Below are positions 59,901 to 64,000 of a DNA stretch of 64,000 nucleotides, one piece after another (position 1 is the stretch's first letter; every line of letters begins with the position of its first letter). This DNA comes from Candidatus Krumholzibacteriia bacterium (GTDB lineage: Bacteria > Krumholzibacteriota > Krumholzibacteriia > Krumholzibacteriales > Krumholzibacteriaceae): NCBI GenBank assembly GCA_963836185.1, contig CAWIIQ010000003.1, forward strand, positions 504,782-568,781. The letters run 5' to 3'. The notes below the pieces were generated by a model. It had not been told where the DNA came from, did not search any database, and saw only the letters and a program-made list of their open reading frames with translations. A program made the position numbers and the translations under genes.

Positions 59901-60760
59901 CCATCTCCGTTTCGTGGATCGTGCCGCCGATTCCTGACGGCGACTATTTCGCAGTCTTCGGCGATACGGTGTCGGGATTCGATATCGATGCGGAACACCT
60001 TCTCGGCACGGTCCCGAACGGGCAGAACAGTTTCGATCACCACCCGGTCTCGGGGTGCTGGTACTACAAGGTATGTGCCGTCGACGACTCGGGGTACTCG
60101 GGCGGATACTCGAGTGAAGTCGACGCCTGCGCGGATGGAGCCGACATGGAGGATCCCGTAGTCACGATCGTCCATCCAGACGGCGCAGAGACATTCACGG
60201 CGGGTGATCCGATCGAGATCGAGTGGATCGCGACCGATGATACCGGGGTCGATTCTGTGACGATAGCCTGCTCGATCAACGGCGGGACCGACTGGACAGT
60301 GCTCGCCTCAGGCGAGCCGAACGACTCCTCATACACGTGGGACGTACCGATCGAGACAGAAGGATCAGACTCCTGTCTCGTCCGTGTCACGGCATACGAT
60401 CCGTCACTTAACGCGGGCTCGGGACAGAGCGGTGACTATTTCACTATCCAGGAATACGTGACAGACGCGGAGGGAACACCGGCCGCCACTGCTCTTCACC
60501 AGAACTACCCCAACCCGTTCAACGGCCATACGACGATCTCCTACTCGCTCGAAAGGCCCGAGCATGTGAGTATCCGCATCTACGATACGGCCGGAAGGCA
60601 CGTACGCACCCTCGAGGACAGGGACCGCGGCGCCGGGATGTACCAGACCGTCTGGGACGGCCGCGACAACGCGTCGAGGCCGGTCGCTTCGGGTATCTAT
60701 TTCATGAGGATGCAGGCGGGTGACTACGGCAAGTCGCGCAAGATAGTCTACTTGCGTTGA
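56948..60760 (+). CDS. Secreted C25 (gingipain)-like peptidase with Ig, right-handed beta-helix and FlgD/Por CTD
   Basis: Signal peptide; LFGD, PEIFLGRI, SCHS, FCCS, TGDP; GGGI repeats; QNYPNPFN...SRKIVYLR. Confidence 0.8.
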   Translation: MRWMVVIVLLIVLFLPGTVSAQQQFVDYSQVSRLRWMGPEPPDTYAEYLATHPPRPLQIVPVRMAPSRIPQAAGPPRVLVIVNSTLLPLIQTKLDRYISDIQAAGYVADLYSSTYGTAESLKDFIISQSTDLVGCVLFGDLPCAWFEIENDHDEYGYASFPCDLFLTDLDGTWSDFEIAAPMQSGVYDTHTGGLGDTAPEIFLGRIDASRMTGDAEDTQINDYLDKLHAWYSLQLPMTNYALTYTEDDWSSLSYFWTDIGYAFPDNEAIKAPDTDRDDYSDNRLTSPVYQFIQLSCHSNAFQHYFTRGGTLNGPAIKAIPPKALFYNLFCCSAMRYTSSDFLGGAYVFNPSTTALATIGSTKTGSMLNFWAFYQPLGEGKTLGQAFNDWFNTIAPYSYSEICWHYGMTITGDPLVVPVASEPSNIVLIQPNGGEVLLAGEEYEIRWLTPGGPPDSISILLSLDSGETYPFTVASGLSGTDSTYVWTIDDLPVSLSRIKVEAWHGGVVDDYDFSDSDFVIQGGPYKYVSTTGGNIFPYSAPAWAALSIQDALDAASDGDTIMIETGTYNEAVTVQSPVYILGGWDVGFTNRDSGVYPSTINSIGSPVSFIMVPGDGSGIEGCNITGGSGTSLNLPVSGIYGGGILAYDASPLIKGNTIDACGYVTVTQYSAGGGICCYLGDVEIIGNTLTDCVAQSGGGIYLYQVTATLTGNTVTGSQPNAEFTGTRYGGGICSRNSEVIMSGNVITSNTGFVSGAGIYSYFGSLSLDGDTIASNECSSSGGGIMSERTSLSVSRGVITENTAGTGAGIMHKAAAFDMDNSLVALNTASLISGGISADSCWGIFENNTIDGNSGLYVGGNLMLSNALGLTIRNNNFTGGSPSGFHATAAENITYTYNNAYGNTGGDVIGITPDATNMSTDPLYVDLPGADYHLGLFSPGIDAGDPAGGDDPDGSRADIGMFGGPDALWLQPDFVQNCAATASSDTAISVSWIVPPIPDGDYFAVFGDTVSGFDIDAEHLLGTVPNGQNSFDHHPVSGCWYYKVCAVDDSGYSGGYSSEVDACADGADMEDPVVTIVHPDGAETFTAGDPIEIEWIATDDTGVDSVTIACSINGGTDWTVLASGEPNDSSYTWDVPIETEGSDSCLVRVTAYDPSLNAGSGQSGDYFTIQEYVTDAEGTPAATALHQNYPNPFNGHTTISYSLERPEHVSIRIYDTAGRHVRTLEDRDRGAGMYQTVWDGRDNASRPVASGIYFMRMQAGDYGKSRKIVYLR

Positions 60761-60813
60761 TGCTGCCCCGACTGAATTAATAGCACTCGAAATTCTGAAA
60801 CGAACCTCGGGTA

Positions 60814-60837
60814 GTTGTGTAGAAATTATTACACAAC
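60814..60837. promoter_or_regulatory. Palindromic operator candidate
   Basis: GTTGTGTA-gaaattat-TACACAAC, 45 bp upstream of the hydrolase start. Confidence 0.5.
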
Positions 60838-60881
60838 ACTTAAGATGTCGTCATACCAGTCTGTCAAGAGGGGGAGTTCTT

Positions 60882-62352
60882 ATGAAATCGTCCATTAAGC
60901 TGATTGCCGCAATCCTTTTCGTTCTATGGTCGATTCAAGTCTCAGCAGGAGAACTGCCTGAGACTCCGGCAGGTGTCCGAGCCGGTGAATTGATCGCCCT
61001 TCTGAATGGCACCTCTTCACTCGATGTCGACGACTATATCGCGAACCAGTATACACCGGGATTCAGGGACGCGTTCCCAATCGCTACTCACAAGGCAATT
61101 TTCGAGACGACACAGACGATGTTCGGCCGGTTGAGCGTTGCGAAGGTTTCAGAAACAGGCCCTGATGAGATAAGGGTTATCCTGAAGGCCGAAAGCAGGG
61201 ATGCCTGGCTGGATCTTTCTGTCAAGGTCGAGCCGGACGAACCTCACCGGATAGCATCTATCGGGATCGCACCGGGCTCCAGGCCGGACGATTACAGCCC
61301 GGCGGATACTGGTGAAAAGTCACCGAAAGAGAATGGTGCTGAAGGCGATGCGAATTTTTCTAATATGGAAGAGCTGGAGCGATACCTCCGTGGAATGGAA
61401 AACAAGAACGAATTTTCCGGCGCCGTACTTGTTGCCCGGGGCGACGGCCCCATCTTTCAGGGAGCGTACGGATACGCATCGAAGAGATTCAAGGCGCTGA
61501 ACAGGCTGGATACCAGATTCAATCTCGGCTCGTGCAACAAGGCATTTACGACTATAGCCGTTGCTCAGTTGATGGAACAGGGGAAGCTCTCCCTGGATGA
61601 TCCGATCGGTACTTATCTCGACATGTTTCCTCCGGAGATAGCTGAACAGGTGACGATACGGCACCTGCTCAACATGCGCTCCGGGTGGGGCGACTACTGG
61701 TCGAACGAATATTTCATCAATAACATCACACAGCTGCGCAGCGTCTCGCAATACCTGGAGTTCATAAAGGATATCCCTCTTGATTTCGAGCCCGGGACAA
61801 ACTTTCAGCACTGCAATACTGGATTCATCGTGGCTGGAGCGATAATCGAGGCCGTCAGCGGGATGGATTATTACGAGTATATAAGAAAGAATATCTACGA
61901 GCCTGCCGGGATGAGATGATACGGATTCGTATGACAAGGACGGGCCGGTGGAGAACCTGGCCATGGGGTATACAAACATGAACAGATCCGCTCCTGAGGG
62001 GACCGGCTACGAATGGAACAATATGTATACCCTGCCGCCGAAGGGGAGCCCGACCGGCGGCGGATATTCGACGGTGGAGGATCTCCTGAAGTTCGGAAAT
62101 GCCCTGCGAGGCTTTAAGCTCTTGAGCGAGGAGCACACCTGGTACTTCCTGAATCGGTTCGAAGGCGATCCCGGAGATCACAAGGCTCCTCCGGATGAAC
62201 CTTACCGGATCGCGGGTGCGGCACCTGGAATATGCGCTTTCATCGCGCTGGATCTCAAGTCATCATATTCCGTTATCGTCCTGTCGAACTATGACTTTCC
62301 CACCGGCGTGAATATCGGGATGAAGATACTCAGTATGCTCGGTGTCGATTGA
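60882..62352 (+). CDS. Exported beta-lactamase-family serine hydrolase, frameshift at ~61917
   Basis: GSCNK (SxxK), LLNMRSG, FEPG; EPAGMR continues as DTDSYDK..ENLAMGY..GGGYST in the next frame. Confidence 0.85.
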
Positions 62353-62397
62353 GACCGTGTGAAGGGATGACTCGGCCCTGGAAACTTATCCAGCCGA

Positions 62398-63147
62398 TCA
62401 GTACTTCTTCATCGCTTCCTTCAGATTCTCGCGGACTTCAGGCGCGTACCAGCGGTCGAGGAAGGCCTCTGTTTTTTCATCCATCGCATGATGTACGGCT
62501 TTTCTTATCTTTTTCGTGCGGGCGCCCTTTATAGCGCTGAATGTCCCCATGATATCGGCATCGACACCGCTGGTCGCAGTAATCGCGGCAGGCAGCACTT
62601 CGTCATCAGGCAGTACATTCTCGGCTATTCCCATTGTCAGGGCGTCCTCGGGAAGGAAGAACTCTCCCTCTTCGATGATAATTTTCGCGTTCGCCTTGCT
62701 GGCGACCCGCTGCAGTACCAGTTCGCTGAAATGAGGGACCGGTACCCCGAGCTTCGCCTCGTTCAGTCCCATCAGGTTATTTCCCACGGCGATGATCCTG
62801 TAGTCGCAGGCGAGGGTAAGGATGAATCCGCCAGCGGTAGCGTGGCCCTGAACAGCCGCGGCGGTAGGTTTCGGGAAGGTAAAGAGATCGAGGCAGAGCT
62901 CTGTGAAGGTCCTGTAGAATCCGCCGAAATCCTCTCTTGAGAGATCGAACAGGTTGGGGATATCAAATCCAATGGAAAAGAACCTGTCGCTGGTGCTTCC
63001 CAGCACCAGTCCGTGGATCTCCGGGTCTTCCCGGAATTCCTTCAGTGCTTTTCCGATCTCGCTGAGCAGTTCGAGGTCTATCGGATTCTTTTTGCCCCTG
63101 TCGAGCTTGAGGATGGCGATTGTTTCCTGCGTTTCTAACGAGATCAT
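62398..63147 (-). CDS. Enoyl-CoA hydratase/isomerase-family protein
   Basis: FSIGFD, GHATAGG, ACDYR, GLNEAKLG. Confidence 0.9.
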   Translation of the reverse strand: MISLETQETIAILKLDRGKKNPIDLELLSEIGKALKEFREDPEIHGLVLGSTSDRFFSIGFDIPNLFDLSREDFGGFYRTFTELCLDLFTFPKPTAAAVQGHATAGGFILTLACDYRIIAVGNNLMGLNEAKLGVPVPHFSELVLQRVASKANAKIIIEEGEFFLPEDALTMGIAENVLPDDEVLPAAITATSGVDADIMGTFSAIKGARTKKIRKAVHHAMDEKTEAFLDRWYAPEVRENLKEAMKKY

Positions 63148-63383
63148 CGATCAGACTCCTTCCGTTCTTAATAGAGACTGGTAATAATACTCATACTTCG
63201 AGCCGGTATGAAGAAAATCTTGCGGAGATCCGTCCAATTCCGGTTTTCGGCACCTCGTAAGTTTACCTGGCCGAACCCGTAATCATCCGAGTATACAGCC
63301 CGAACCAATCCCTTTAGCATCAGGCCGTCACAGGAAGTGGAACGCTGGGAAGTCCGTGAACGAGGGATATCGAGGCTGGGTCA

Positions 63384-63788
63384 GTGATCAAAAAGACATT
63401 CAACTGTGTGCTCTTTGCGGACCGTCACCACGGTCTGACCGAGGGCGTATGCGGCCTGCTCGGGACGATATTCGAGAATGTCGTCATGGTGGCCGACGAG
63501 GCCTCGATGCTTGAAAGCGCCGGACGGCTGCAGCCCGAGCTGGCAGTGGTGGACGGCTCACTTACCCACGGAAACGGCCTTCGCTGGATACAGGGGCTTC
63601 GCCAGTCCTGTCCAGCGATGAAACTGATCGTCCTGAGCGTTCACGATGAGTCCAGTGTGCGGCAGGCAACGATGGAATCCGGCGCAGACGGCTTTGTGCT
63701 CAAACGAGACATCGCCACTGACCTGCTGCCGGCGGTCGAATCGCTGCTGGCCGTCCCGGGAGACGGCCGGCAGGACGAGAAAGGCTGA
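63384..63788 (+). CDS. Stand-alone receiver-domain protein
   Basis: FADRH, VVD, VLSVH, GADGFVLK; NarL-type receiver with no output domain. Confidence 0.8.
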   Translation: MIKKTFNCVLFADRHHGLTEGVCGLLGTIFENVVMVADEASMLESAGRLQPELAVVDGSLTHGNGLRWIQGLRQSCPAMKLIVLSVHDESSVRQATMESGADGFVLKRDIATDLLPAVESLLAVPGDGRQDEKG

Positions 63789-63958
63789 TCCACGCCTGCC
63801 TGACAAGAGACAGGAGAGGGGATGCAACAGAAAAAGGGAATTAGCCACAGTCTCCGGAACAGGATGCGGCTGTTCACCATGTATTTACAGAGCATGACGC
63901 CACAGACAGGAGCCGGACCGTATCACCGGCAGCCGGGTGGCGTGGAAAGGAAGGCGAC

Positions 63959-64000
63959 ATGAAACGATTGTTGGCCTCATTACTGCTGCTGGTCCTGGCG
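63959..64000 (+). CDS. Start of an exported protein, truncated by the window edge
   Basis: AGGAAGG RBS, MKRLLASLLLLVLA. Confidence 0.6.
   Translation, partial: MKRLLASLLLLVLA

Overview
GC-rich bacterial chromosomal segment with about 55 genes. Three secreted proteins end in a 'QNYPNPFN..' FlgD/Por-type C-terminal domain and one ends in a short 'SSWGAIKSLLK' tail, which points (inference) to an FCB-group lineage such as Ca. Krumholzibacteriota/Latescibacterota. In order: outer-membrane/secreted genes; a double ArsR-controlled arsenic cluster (arsR-arsP-trx-arsF-arsG-like, then arsR-arsC-arsM-acr3) with matching operators; dinB; a DHH hydrolase; a frameshifted exported CBM48/GH57 enzyme; a DUF222-like HNH gene; a housekeeping run (yggS-yggT-divIVA-yggU-punA-ileS-dksA-like-lspA-rluD-STAS-RsbW-PP2C-ruvX-mltG-larE); tRNA-Val(TAC) with a decayed 6.6-kb island bounded by a 70-bp direct repeat; gpmA; a 2-oxoacid oxidoreductase; several hydrolases. 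The best candidate for an undescribed system is the island cargo: an NhaR-like LysR divergent from an operon of a zf-HC2 mini-protein, an apparently non-catalytic eRF1-like (Balon/Rv2629-type) protein, a 45-aa ORF and a tip-less TraR/DksA zinc finger. About ten single-base frameshifts suggest long-read consensus errors. All calls come from motif recognition by eye; no searches were run.
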